The notes: a model not told the origin generated them from the letters alone. Shown: positions 54,101 through 63,290, counted from the first letter of the stretch. The stretch: DNA of 64,000 nucleotides from an uncultured virus (IMG/VR IMGVR_UViG_3300027969_000051) (IMGVR_UViG_3300027969_000051); one strand, 5' to 3'. Program-made: numbers and translations.

Positions 54101-54935
54101 AGGATTTGTTTTATTTGCACAGAACACTGAGTCTGTTAATTATGTTACCCAAGCCTATGCATTAGCATTAAGCATACAATACAGTCAAAAAGAAATTAAG
54201 AAAGTATCGTTAGTTACCAACAGTCCAGTGCCTAAAAAATATCGTAAGGTGTTTGATCAAATAATTCCTATCCCGTGGTTTGAAGAGGCAGGCAACAGCC
54301 CTCTCAAAGGCGAGCACAGATGGAAATTGTATCATGCTAGCCCGTACGAAGAAACAATTATTTTAGATTCAGATATGTTGTTAGTTGAAGATATTACCCA
54401 GTGGTGGGAATACTGCCATCAGTACGATGTTAAGTTTTGTTCTAAAATAAAAAACTATAAATTGGATCATATTGAAGTAGATATTTTTCATAGAAAAGCA
54501 TTTATTGCAAACAATTTACCAAACCCATATTTTGCATTACATTATTTTAAGAAAGGGGAAGTTGCTCACAACTTTTATAAAGTATTAGAATTCGTCTGTA
54601 ATAATTGGCAATGGTGTTATTCTAAGTTTGCTCCACTAAAATATCAAGATTGGCTTAGTATGGATCTAGCTGCCGCGATAGCAATAGAAATATCTGGTTT
54701 AGATGATGCTGTTGATGTGTGCAGTCCTTTAGAGTTCATCCATATGAAAACTCCATTGCAAGGATGGATAGTAAACGCATACAGTTGGCAAGACACTGTT
54801 TCGTATGTACTAAACACTAAAGGTGAACTGATTGTCGGCAATATCAAACAGACTAAGTTATTTCATTATGTTGAAAAAAACTTTATATCTAAACGAACAC
54901 TTTCTCGATTAGAGGAGTTAGCACATGGCTCGTAA
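54093..54935 (+). CDS. GT-A fold glycosyltransferase-like, paralogue of the previous gene
   Basis: YVTQAYALALSI, FDQII, SPYEETIILDSD (DxD), FIHMK, FHY. Confidence 0.65.
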   Translation: MSKGFVLFAQNTESVNYVTQAYALALSIQYSQKEIKKVSLVTNSPVPKKYRKVFDQIIPIPWFEEAGNSPLKGEHRWKLYHASPYEETIILDSDMLLVEDITQWWEYCHQYDVKFCSKIKNYKLDHIEVDIFHRKAFIANNLPNPYFALHYFKKGEVAHNFYKVLEFVCNNWQWCYSKFAPLKYQDWLSMDLAAAIAIEISGLDDAVDVCSPLEFIHMKTPLQGWIVNAYSWQDTVSYVLNTKGELIVGNIKQTKLFHYVEKNFISKRTLSRLEELAHGS

Positions 54936-55521
54936 ACGTACGGTCCCTATAATTCAAAAATACTATTTGCATTATGATCAAAAGACTGGCAAGATTTTAA
55001 GTGTGTCAAATGAAAAAAATAAAAACGATGAACATAGCTTAGAAGTCTCATTTGAAGAATATGCAGATTTTATGCTCGAAGTTAAAAATGCACGAGAGCA
55101 TACTATTGGCTATGCTAAAGATAGCGAAGGTAAAAATAAACTAGTAGCTATACCATCAGCAGACCAGCATTACGGTTTTCGAAATAATGTGTTCGAATGG
55201 ATAACAGATCCCCCTAATAAGGACACCGAACTAATAGTCACTTGGAACAGCCTAGATAGCGAGTGGGTATTCCAATTGAGTGATGAAGCAAAGCTCCGAG
55301 TATCTAAAGGTATGATCACTACTACAGTGTTTTTTGTAATGTTAGAAAACGATTTTGATTTTTTAATAAGAAGCATTATGATAGATGTATCAACCTTGAT
55401 AGAAAATCCTCAAGTGCATGTTCCTTTCATAAGTAATATTGAACATCAAATTAAAAAGATCTCGATATCATCAAAGATATATTTTCAAAGTTATGGATTA
55501 ATTATAAATGAACAAAATTAA
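54925..55521 (+). CDS. Hypothetical protein in the glycosyltransferase cassette
   Basis: 198 aa; overlaps both neighbours; GAGGAG SD. Confidence 0.6.
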   Translation: MARKRTVPIIQKYYLHYDQKTGKILSVSNEKNKNDEHSLEVSFEEYADFMLEVKNAREHTIGYAKDSEGKNKLVAIPSADQHYGFRNNVFEWITDPPNKDTELIVTWNSLDSEWVFQLSDEAKLRVSKGMITTTVFFVMLENDFDFLIRSIMIDVSTLIENPQVHVPFISNIEHQIKKISISSKIYFQSYGLIINEQN

Positions 55522-56407
55522 AATTATCGATCAGGATATTATTTTCCTCAGTTATGATGAAGATAATGCCGAAAAAAATTACGCAGACTTGCTGACAAAG
55601 GCGCCGTGGGCTAAACGTGTACACGGAGTTAAAGGTAGCGATGCCGCACACAAAGCCTGCGCGGCATTGAGCGAAACAGAATACTTTGTTACTGTAGATG
55701 CTGATAACATTGTTGATCCAAAATTTCTCGAAGTTGAAATAGATATAGAAAAGTTAGGATTAACGCCGGATCACGTATTCAGTTGGTGTGGTAAAATCCA
55801 TGTTAACAGTTTAATGTACGGTAACGGAGGGTTAAAACTATGGACACGTAAGTTTGTAAACAACATGCGTACACATGAAAATAGTGATCCTGCTGATACT
55901 AAAGGCCTAGTTGAATTTTGCTTTGACGACAAGTACTATCAATTTAACGATAACTATTCTGAGAGCTACACTAATGCAACACCTTTCCAAGCATGGCGAG
56001 CAGGATTTCGCGAGGGTGTAAAAATGACACTGAACCAAGGAGCAAAGACTGACAATTTACAACGAGATATATGGTGGCAAAATTATCATCGATTATTAAT
56101 ATGGTGTAGCGTTGGCGCCGATGTCGAACACGGTATATGGTCAGTATTAGGGGCAAGAGAAGGATGTCACATGACCAATTGTACTGATTGGGATTACAGT
56201 AATGTTCGAGATTTTGAATGGTTAACAGAGCATTGGGAAAAACAACATGGTTCTGGAGATCCAGATCTTACAACTGCTTATATTAATTTTTTAGGTGCTG
56301 AACTTAGAACAAAATTAAATTTAGAAATATCAAATTTAGATAGTGCAGGCAGCAAGTTCTTTAAAAAAGTCTACCTAAATACTCCACGAATTATTCATAG
56401 AAGATAA
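55508..56407 (+). CDS. GT-A (GT2-like) nucleotide-sugar transferase
   Basis: DIIFLSYDE, VHGVKGSDAAHKACA, VTVDAD (DxD), YGNGGLK, AWRAGFRE. Confidence 0.65.
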   Translation: MNKIKIIDQDIIFLSYDEDNAEKNYADLLTKAPWAKRVHGVKGSDAAHKACAALSETEYFVTVDADNIVDPKFLEVEIDIEKLGLTPDHVFSWCGKIHVNSLMYGNGGLKLWTRKFVNNMRTHENSDPADTKGLVEFCFDDKYYQFNDNYSESYTNATPFQAWRAGFREGVKMTLNQGAKTDNLQRDIWWQNYHRLLIWCSVGADVEHGIWSVLGAREGCHMTNCTDWDYSNVRDFEWLTEHWEKQHGSGDPDLTTAYINFLGAELRTKLNLEISNLDSAGSKFFKKVYLNTPRIIHRR

Positions 56408-57093
56408 TGTACGATATAATCTTTATTAGCTACAACGAGCCAAATGCAGAAAAAAACTTTTCTGTGTTGAAAGATCGATTCCATCTCTCTAAACGAATAG
56501 ATGGCATAACTGGTATACATCAAGCACATATAGAAGCCGCAAAGAAGTCTTTTACAAAAATGTTTTGGGTAGTTGATGGTGATGCTGAAATATTAGATAC
56601 ATTTAATTTTAATTATAAAGTAGCTGATGATGATTTTGACACAGTGCATGTTTGGAGAAGTTGTAATCCTATTAATGATCTAGAATATGGGTATGGTGGC
56701 GTAAAACTATTACCAAAAAAACTAACAATGAATATGGATACATCTAAACCCGATATGTCTACAAGTATTAGTGATAAATTTAAAGCATTGTCTGAAGTTA
56801 GTAATATTACATCATTTAATACAGACGCCTTTAGTACATGGCGCAGTGCTTTTAGAGAGTGTGTTAAGTTATCTAGTAGAACAATAGATAGACAAGACGA
56901 CGCTGAAACAACTAGTAGATTAATTAGCTGGTGTACTATCGGGGAAGATAGACCTTGGGGAGTATATGCTATTGCAGGTGCACTTGCAGGTAAAGTGTAT
57001 GGTGAAAAAAATGCCTCTAATAAAGAGGCGTTATCTAAGATAAATGACTTTGACTATTTAAAGGTATTGTTCAACCAGCAACAAGGTCAGTAG
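56407..57093 (+). CDS. GT-A (GT2-like) transferase, paralogue of the previous gene
   Basis: DIIFISYNE, GIHQAHIEAA, WVVDGD (DxD), YGYGGVK, TWRSAFRE. Confidence 0.65.
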   Translation: MYDIIFISYNEPNAEKNFSVLKDRFHLSKRIDGITGIHQAHIEAAKKSFTKMFWVVDGDAEILDTFNFNYKVADDDFDTVHVWRSCNPINDLEYGYGGVKLLPKKLTMNMDTSKPDMSTSISDKFKALSEVSNITSFNTDAFSTWRSAFRECVKLSSRTIDRQDDAETTSRLISWCTIGEDRPWGVYAIAGALAGKVYGEKNASNKEALSKINDFDYLKVLFNQQQGQ

Positions 57094-57754
57094 TCATTGG
57101 AAATATTTCTGCAATAACTTTAGCACACGCTATAGCAACTTCTTGGTGCTCTTTCTGAGTGCCGTTAGCACTACGTAATTCAATAAAATGAATCCAACTA
57201 CGAAGTGTTCCATTCATATATAAGCGACTTTCTGTAAGACCTTCTGGTAATACTGCACGGGCCTGCTCCTTAGCAATGCCATTAGCAATAGCCCATTCAT
57301 ATGCTTCTAATGCTTTCAATGTAACACCACGTTGAATGTTTTCCCACCCGGCCGCTAAGAAACGATCTGCATCGATTGACATGTCTAGTTCTACAGAGTT
57401 TTGTCTATTTTTTGTATCTTGGAGTCGTGCTTCTCGCAATACAAACGACAGGTCTTTAGTAGGGTCAGCATATCGCTGACTGAATTCTTGGAAGCTGAAG
57501 CTACGATGTCTAAGGATCTGTCGTGCAATATCTCTTGTGGTTGTGATTTCAATACAGGCGGAGACCATTTCGAGTGGGCTCCAGTGTTGGTGTTTGATGA
57601 GGTATCTGATGAGTTTTTCTGATGTGTCTGTGTTGAGTTGATTGGAGGGATTGGACACACGGGCGCAATACGCAATGAGTTCTTGCGCATCTGCAATGCC
57701 CATATCTGCAAATTCCTGTGTTGGCTGGCTGTAACTGAGTAATCGAACATGCAT
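57071..57754 (-). CDS. thyX: FAD-dependent thymidylate synthase
   Basis: ARVS, HWSPLE, RQILRHRSFSFQEFSQRY (RHRx7S), EQARAVLP, LRSWIHF..LR. Confidence 0.97.
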   Translation of the reverse strand: MHVRLLSYSQPTQEFADMGIADAQELIAYCARVSNPSNQLNTDTSEKLIRYLIKHQHWSPLEMVSACIEITTTRDIARQILRHRSFSFQEFSQRYADPTKDLSFVLREARLQDTKNRQNSVELDMSIDADRFLAAGWENIQRGVTLKALEAYEWAIANGIAKEQARAVLPEGLTESRLYMNGTLRSWIHFIELRSANGTQKEHQEVAIACAKVIAEIFPMTTDLVAG

Positions 57755-57757
57755 TAT

Positions 57758-58078
57758 TTATAGCTTCCGTTTCTTTAAAAATTTATCAGTGGATTTTTTA
57801 ATGTCTTTTTTAACACGTTCTGTGTCTAATTTAAAATCAACGTTCTCGATCCGTTCTTCGTAGGTTTTGCAGATCTCGGCAAGACTCTTTTCAAAAGCAG
57901 GCCATCCTTCTCGCTTGGTTTTTTCTGTTATTTTTATTTCCCAAGTTTTGCCATCTTTAAAATTGACCAAAACGGTATGCAAGTACTTGAGAGGCATCAC
58001 ATTAAGTTCAACCTCGCCAAATACTTCTGGCCAATGTGCTATGACATCCTTGGGAAGAATTCTTCCCGATTTTGTCAC
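57758..58078 (-). CDS. Hypothetical protein
   Basis: 106 aa; overlaps the upstream gene by 4 bp. Confidence 0.65.
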   Translation of the reverse strand: MTKSGRILPKDVIAHWPEVFGEVELNVMPLKYLHTVLVNFKDGKTWEIKITEKTKREGWPAFEKSLAEICKTYEERIENVDFKLDTERVKKDIKKSTDKFLKKRKL

Positions 58079-58680
58079 TTAGCTTTTTTGGTAGGAACCA
58101 ACTCCTCGGCTTTGCGTCTAAATTCAGCTGCCTGTTTGGCTAGCTTATCAGCCTGGCTACGATAAAATTTAGCACTAACTTCTGGAGTAGATCCTTCTGG
58201 TAAAGTTTCATCTACACTTTCGGTTACTGTTGCAGTTACCATTCCAGGTAAATCTTTAATTTCACTTGGAACTGGTTTATCAAGTACACCTTCTTTTAGA
58301 GAAAGCTCATCAACGCTAACTCCACGCTGTTCTGCAATAATCTGATTTAATTCAGATAATTGAATTGATGCACCAGTAGTAGGAGTCATTTCAATTTCAC
58401 TAGTCATTGCTTTAACTAGACGACCAGTTCCGTGTAACGCAGGTAACATTCTGCTACCGTCTGGAAATTGTGTACGATCCATTGCTTCAGCAAACTCATA
58501 TGATGATTGTCCAGCTGGACTTTCTACTAGGTTGATAATAGCATCGTGATAGATGTCTGGTAAATTTTCTGTTGGTACAATTAGGCAATGGTGTGCATCG
58601 CCTGGTAGAGTGCGATAAGCTATTAAACATTTTTTGTTTGTAGCCTTAACACGCCCTACGTGTTTAAGTTCAGTAGCCAT
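58075..58680 (-). CDS. Hypothetical protein (start reassigned to MATELKHVG)
   Basis: GGAG SD before ATG at 58680; the longer track ORF overlaps the upstream gene. Confidence 0.7.
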   Translation of the reverse strand: MATELKHVGRVKATNKKCLIAYRTLPGDAHHCLIVPTENLPDIYHDAIINLVESPAGQSSYEFAEAMDRTQFPDGSRMLPALHGTGRLVKAMTSEIEMTPTTGASIQLSELNQIIAEQRGVSVDELSLKEGVLDKPVPSEIKDLPGMVTATVTESVDETLPEGSTPEVSAKFYRSQADKLAKQAAEFRRKAEELVPTKKAK

Positions 58681-58681
58681 A

Positions 58682-58951
58682 TTATACTCCAGGTGTTGCC
58701 GCAGGTGCGGTGGCTGGTGTTGCAGCCTTGGCAGCTTCTGCTTGTTTAGCAACGGTTTCTAAAAATGAAGCTAGTTTGGTATAAGTCTGACCAACTGCTA
58801 CCATTTCGTTAGGTTTAAATGCGCCTCGTGAACTTGCAAGGTCAATGATCACTTTTAATGCATTTAGATCATTAATTGTAAGATCAGTGCTTTGACCATT
58901 TGGTTCTTGTGGTGCTGCCTGGGTAGGCGGTTGTTGTACTTCGTCTGACAT
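58682..58951 (-). CDS. Hypothetical protein
   Basis: AAGGAG SD; late-box variant GATAATTA at 58977-58984. Confidence 0.7.
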   Translation of the reverse strand: MSDEVQQPPTQAAPQEPNGQSTDLTINDLNALKVIIDLASSRGAFKPNEMVAVGQTYTKLASFLETVAKQAEAAKAATPATAPAATPGV

Positions 58952-58979
58952 AGTATCTCCTTAATATGTACGTATATAA

Positions 58980-59267
58980 TTATCTCATCTGTAAATACGG
59001 GCAGGCGATTGTGAAGAAACTGAGTTCTTTTTCACTCTCAAAACCTATACTAGTATTATAGACAATAGTATTGGTGTTATCTAAGGACAAACTCTGTCCT
59101 ATGTAATACCTATTATTTAAGTTAGCACGGATCCAAGAGTCGATGGATTTGAGCAATACTGGGTTGTATTTTTCAATAGTTGCGTATTTAAAATGCGGAC
59201 AGGCAAACTCAACCCTCCGCAAATCAAAGTAATTTAGAGGATTAGGTTTGCCCGATTTTAATGCCAT
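58980..59267 (-). CDS. Hypothetical protein
   Basis: 95 aa; TAATG coupling to the vWA gene. Confidence 0.65.
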   Translation of the reverse strand: MALKSGKPNPLNYFDLRRVEFACPHFKYATIEKYNPVLLKSIDSWIRANLNNRYYIGQSLSLDNTNTIVYNTSIGFESEKELSFFTIACPYLQMR

Positions 59268-60454
59268 TAAGCAGGAACCTTATCCTGATCGTAATATGCG
59301 TACTCGCCCCATGGAGGGACAATTTTATCATTACCGTGGATAATGAATACTGTATCACAGTAGTTTTCATCACCCCAAGAACCGTATGGGTAACCGTCTG
59401 TAAACATGATAAACTTTTTAGGTTGAATATCATTTTCTTTCATGTATTCCCAGTTGACATCAAATTCTGTACCACCGCCACCCATTGGTTCGTACGCATC
59501 AAACTCGTCCATGGAATATCCATCGTAGTCTGCTTCGTTATAAACTGAAGTGTCAAAGCACCATACTTTAATTTTAAAGTCTCGATACTCTTGCATAATA
59601 CCTTTAATTTCAGACAAGAAGTCTTTTGCTTGCTCGTCACCAATTGAACCGGACATATCAATCGCTACACAGATATCAATAGTCTCCTGGAATTGTTGCC
59701 CTGGTAAAATTGCACTCATGTGCCAACCTTTACGATTAGGACGCATAAAACTAAAATCATTCTTAATAGTACTTTGGATTTGTTGACGCAAAATTTCACG
59801 CCAGTTCATCTTAGGTTCTGTAAGTTCTTTAATCATGCGTTGTACACTTGCTGGAACATTTCCAGCACCTGCCGCTTGTGCCGCCTGCATAGTAGCTTCA
59901 CGGATTTCGTCACGGATTTCTTTTAATTGTTCTTTGGTATATTTCGGTTGTCCGTTACCATTGCCGTCTTCGCCCCAATCAATATGCTCGTCAAGTAGTT
60001 GGCCTAATTGATTAAGTTGTTCTTCATCCATTTCGTCATAGATTTTGTCATAGATTTCTTCAGCACCCATACTGTAGTATTTGGGCTCGTGGAAGATTTT
60101 AATATCTTTAATATTATGATCGCCAATTCCGTCGCGAACAATTTGTCCGTTTACACAATAGTCTGCGGCAATGTTAAATATCTTTGGATCTCGTCCTTCA
60201 CGACGCCCCATGTGATCAAAAACATTGTGTAAGATTTCATGTGCAATTACAAATTCAACTTGTTTAACAGTAAGTGGTTCAAAGAACTTACGGCAGAAAA
60301 AGATAGTACGCCCATCTGTAGCCGCGGTTGGAAGCCAATCGCTAGCTTCTTCAATTTTAAGCCTAGTAGCCATATTGCCAAAGAACGGATGCTTTAGCAG
60401 AAGACTAACACGAGCTACGATAATTTTATCTATGATTGGGTCTGTATGCGACAT
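59267..60454 (-). CDS. Metallopeptidase-like plus vWA domain protein (DUF2201-type), MoxR partner
   Basis: TAATDG, AHEILH (HExxH), NIAAD, IDMSGS (MIDAS), GGGGTEF, FTDGY; start reassigned after AAAGGAG. Confidence 0.85.
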   Translation of the reverse strand: MSHTDPIIDKIIVARVSLLLKHPFFGNMATRLKIEEASDWLPTAATDGRTIFFCRKFFEPLTVKQVEFVIAHEILHNVFDHMGRREGRDPKIFNIAADYCVNGQIVRDGIGDHNIKDIKIFHEPKYYSMGAEEIYDKIYDEMDEEQLNQLGQLLDEHIDWGEDGNGNGQPKYTKEQLKEIRDEIREATMQAAQAAGAGNVPASVQRMIKELTEPKMNWREILRQQIQSTIKNDFSFMRPNRKGWHMSAILPGQQFQETIDICVAIDMSGSIGDEQAKDFLSEIKGIMQEYRDFKIKVWCFDTSVYNEADYDGYSMDEFDAYEPMGGGGTEFDVNWEYMKENDIQPKKFIMFTDGYPYGSWGDENYCDTVFIIHGNDKIVPPWGEYAYYDQDKVPA

Positions 60455-60479
60455 GAACACTCCTTTACTGTATGTATAT

Positions 60480-60508
60480 ATTATAACACCTCCCGAAGGA
60501 GGTGTCAA
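60480..60508 (-). promoter_or_regulatory. Consensus sigma70 promoter whose spacer is a palindrome
   Basis: TTGACA-17 bp-TATAAT; ACACCTCC-TTCG-GGAGGTGT at 60486-60505. Confidence 0.85.
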
Positions 60509-60524
60509 TCGGTACTAATTCAAA

Positions 60525-61622
60525 TTATTTACTAGATTTGTCAGTAGCCGCCGCAATGTACTTGCCAAATTTAGCATGGAAAGAATCAAAGCATTTGATC
60601 TCATCTGGGTCTAGCGGCAATTTGTACGTAGACAATGCCAACTTAGTACCCATGATAACCAATTCTGTTTCAAAATTATCCATCATAAATTGGAAAAAGT
60701 TATTGACTTGATCGTTCCAATTTTTAACGTTCTTATCGCAAGCATCTTTAAGCTCGTAGCACAAAGACACAGTCAAAGAGTACATAGCAGAGATTTCTTT
60801 AGTCTTCATCTCTTTAACTTTACCTGACAAGATTTCTGTAGGATTAGGCATTTTGCTAGAGTGTTTACGATGTGCCATAAACTTAATAGCCAATCCTTCA
60901 CCAACTGAGCCTGAAACCAAATCTGTCAATGTGTCTGCGTCAGTGTCGTCATCGTGCAACAGTTCGCTAACAAACGACCAAGAGCGTGGAGTTGCAAAAG
61001 CACGTGAACTAGATTTTGGATCAAAATCGTACAAGTCTTTCTTGCTAAATGTTAAGTAGCCAACAACATCGCGATGGACTTTATTTTCTACAGCCCACTC
61101 AAAGTAGTCATCCCAATTAACAGTCATCTCTAAGTGAACAAAACGGTTAGCCAACGGAGCAGGCATACGGAATGTAACACCCTTGTCAGTTTCACGGTTA
61201 CCAGCGGCAACTAGCACAACGTTGTCTGGAAGTTGGTAAGTGCCAACCCGGCGATTCAAAATTAATTGATAAGCCGCCGCCTGTACAGCAGGTGCCGCAG
61301 AGTTCATCTCATCAAGAAACAATACAATAGTTTTATGTTTCTTTGCTAGCTCTGCACTAGGCAATTCGCTTGGAGGTGCCCAAACCATTGTGCCAGTATT
61401 TGAGTCGAAATATGGAATACCTTTAATATCTGTAGGTTCCCAAAGTGACAAACGAACATCGATAACATGAGCATCGAGCTCAGTACCAAGTTGTTTGATA
61501 ATGTCAGATTTTCCAATACCTGGAGGACCCCAGATAAAGATTGGACGTTTATTTTTAAACGCTTTGCGCAAAGATTTTTTAGCGCCTTGGGGACCAACTG
61601 TCCGGCTTGTGATTTCTGCCAT
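60525..61622 (-). CDS. MoxR-like AAA+ ATPase
   Basis: Walker A GPPGIGKS, Walker B LFLDE, AAGNR, LANRF, TPRSW. Confidence 0.9.
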   Translation of the reverse strand: MAEITSRTVGPQGAKKSLRKAFKNKRPIFIWGPPGIGKSDIIKQLGTELDAHVIDVRLSLWEPTDIKGIPYFDSNTGTMVWAPPSELPSAELAKKHKTIVLFLDEMNSAAPAVQAAAYQLILNRRVGTYQLPDNVVLVAAGNRETDKGVTFRMPAPLANRFVHLEMTVNWDDYFEWAVENKVHRDVVGYLTFSKKDLYDFDPKSSSRAFATPRSWSFVSELLHDDDTDADTLTDLVSGSVGEGLAIKFMAHRKHSSKMPNPTEILSGKVKEMKTKEISAMYSLTVSLCYELKDACDKNVKNWNDQVNNFFQFMMDNFETELVIMGTKLALSTYKLPLDPDEIKCFDSFHAKFGKYIAAATDKSSK

Positions 61623-61672
61623 TTTGTTTCCTATCTTAAGTTGCGGTTGAAATGTCTTACTTGATGTATAGT

Positions 61673-61701
61673 ATTATACAGTCAACGCAGGCAGAAGTCA
61701 A
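61673..61701 (-). promoter_or_regulatory. Sigma70-type early promoter for the AAA ATPase
   Basis: TTGACT-17 bp-TATAAT with an extended -10 TG; A/T-rich upstream. Confidence 0.85.
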
Positions 61702-61718
61702 TGCGTTTTTAAATTTTT

Positions 61719-62129
61719 TTAGGAATCTTCGTCCGTTTTGGACAATTCTTTTTCACGCTCGTTTATGGCTTTTATGAGTCCAAATTTTCGGATGTCGTCA
61801 GAAAACAACATTAGTTCAAAACTCTTGCGTTCAGAAAACACTGTGATACTTTCTTTGGTTAGGTAGTATGGGCAATCGATGTATCTTTCCAAAAATACGA
61901 TTGTTTGTGGGCTTAACTCAATTGGTTCAGTAAATGGAATTTCGTAACTACGTAGCTCTAACTCAGTTTCTAAAAATTCAAAACCTTCATCACTTAATCG
62001 AAAAGCCGTTTGCTTTCCTGTACGAGTTGACTGCCACCATTTTCTTGAGAATATTTTAAAATTTGCTTCATCAATACTTTTGCCCCATTGTTGTAAAAAT
62101 ATCTTAGTTAGGGCATCTCTAGGAATCAT
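61719..62129 (-). CDS. Hypothetical protein (start reassigned to MIPRDAL)
   Basis: ATGA overlap with the upstream 94-aa gene. Confidence 0.65.
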   Translation of the reverse strand: MIPRDALTKIFLQQWGKSIDEANFKIFSRKWWQSTRTGKQTAFRLSDEGFEFLETELELRSYEIPFTEPIELSPQTIVFLERYIDCPYYLTKESITVFSERKSFELMLFSDDIRKFGLIKAINEREKELSKTDEDS

Positions 62130-62410
62130 TTTATTATTGTGCCTTGTGTAAGCATTACTACTTGGAAATCTTCGCACCCAAAAGTAAGGTTTAATTTCTT
62201 TGCCAAATTACGTGCATGACCAGGATTTGAAAAAGAAACTTTTTTATACTTAGGGCCAGGATAAGATGTAAGGCTGTTGAACGATTTTAGATTAAACGGT
62301 TCGTTCTTATAAAAGACAGCCCAAATGGCTTCAGCTTCGAGAATTTGCTCGGCTTTATAAGTTTTTTTATTAGTATATTCTAATAATACTTTTGGTTTGG
62401 GTCTTGACAT
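62126..62410 (-). CDS. Hypothetical basic protein
   Basis: MSRPKPKVLLE...YPGPKYKKVSFSNPGHA; AGGA SD; late box at 62438-62445. Confidence 0.7.
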   Translation of the reverse strand: MSRPKPKVLLEYTNKKTYKAEQILEAEAIWAVFYKNEPFNLKSFNSLTSYPGPKYKKVSFSNPGHARNLAKKLNLTFGCEDFQVVMLTQGTIIK

Positions 62411-62411
62411 A

Positions 62412-62445
62412 ATATGCGTCCTAATAATATACGCATATATTTATC
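62412..62445 (-). promoter_or_regulatory. Late promoter GATAAATA with an overlapping translation-initiation-occluding hairpin
   Basis: ATATGCGT...ACGCATAT inverted repeat enclosing the AGGA SD. Confidence 0.6.
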
Positions 62446-62446
62446 T

Positions 62447-62695
62447 CTATTTCGACCCTTCGAACCCACCACCGTCAAGCTGTATTTCTACTACTTCTGT
62501 ATCTACACCACGTTTTAATGCGTTATACATACTTTCATAGTCTTGTAGTAGTTTACCTTGTATCTCAGTAAGAGCAAGGCTAAGTAACCTTGCTTGTGCA
62601 ATAGACATTTTAACTTCTTTTTGTTGGCCTAACTCAGCGGCTCTTAATAGTTGAGCAAACTGAGTCAGAGGTGACATGTTAATTTGATTTTGCAT
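62447..62695 (-). CDS. Hypothetical protein
   Basis: 82 aa; ends LDGGGF. Confidence 0.65.
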   Translation of the reverse strand: MQNQINMSPLTQFAQLLRAAELGQQKEVKMSIAQARLLSLALTEIQGKLLQDYESMYNALKRGVDTEVVEIQLDGGGFEGSK

Positions 62696-63227
62696 TTGAC
62701 AGTACCTGTTTCATTTCTAATTCTGATTTAAACGGGCCTTTAAAGTCATTGCGCTCTAGTGTAATTGCCTTAGGGCAAAAACTTTTAACCCAACCTTTGT
62801 TAAATTTGATTGTGTAATATCCTGCACAGTATAGACTCTTGCTAGCATTGCTTTTAGTAAACAATGGAAGTCGACGCCTTACATCGTACATAGAATTATA
62901 TGGTTGGCACGAAGTTGGGAAACCATGGCATTCGTGTGACACTGCCTGGGTAACTTTAACTTTAGTACTTGATAGGAAGAAGTCCTCGCCGAACTGCTTT
63001 TGTAAGTCCTGTTTTTTATTAAACATAACCTCACCGTTAGTACTACTTAAGATGAATTTATTATTCTCTTTTTTATGTAGAGTAGCAATCTTAGTGCCAG
63101 CTTCTTCTACAATCCAAAATTTGCCATCAACGATGGGCTTTGCGTGTATCTCTGTCATAGTTTTTTCCTTACACCCCTTGGTTTTGTTTGGGCATGTTGT
63201 TTCGTATATACATCCTGTATCATACAT
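62679..63227 (-). CDS. Hypothetical protein with two possible starts (63227 or 63158)
   Basis: GGAGG SD before 63227; AAGGA SD before 63158. Confidence 0.65.
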   Translation of the reverse strand: MYDTGCIYETTCPNKTKGCKEKTMTEIHAKPIVDGKFWIVEEAGTKIATLHKKENNKFILSSTNGEVMFNKKQDLQKQFGEDFFLSSTKVKVTQAVSHECHGFPTSCQPYNSMYDVRRRLPLFTKSNASKSLYCAGYYTIKFNKGWVKSFCPKAITLERNDFKGPFKSELEMKQVLSNAKSN

Positions 63228-63240
63228 ATATTTCTCCTCC

Positions 63241-63283
63241 ATTACTGTACCCCGAAGGCGTTATAGTAATATACGTATTTATC
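63241..63283 (-). promoter_or_regulatory. Late promoter GATAAATA (63276-63283) plus a leader hairpin with a TTCG loop
   Basis: ATTACT...CC-TTCG-GG...AGTAAT directly before GGAGG. Confidence 0.55.
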
Positions 63284-63290
63284 TCTCATT

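Noticed and set aside
57071..57093. Convergent overlap of thyX and the last transferase as evidence of a shared DNA-modification pathway
   Set aside because: Opposite strands, a short tail-to-tail overlap, a canonical ThyX and no hydroxymethylase visible in the window.
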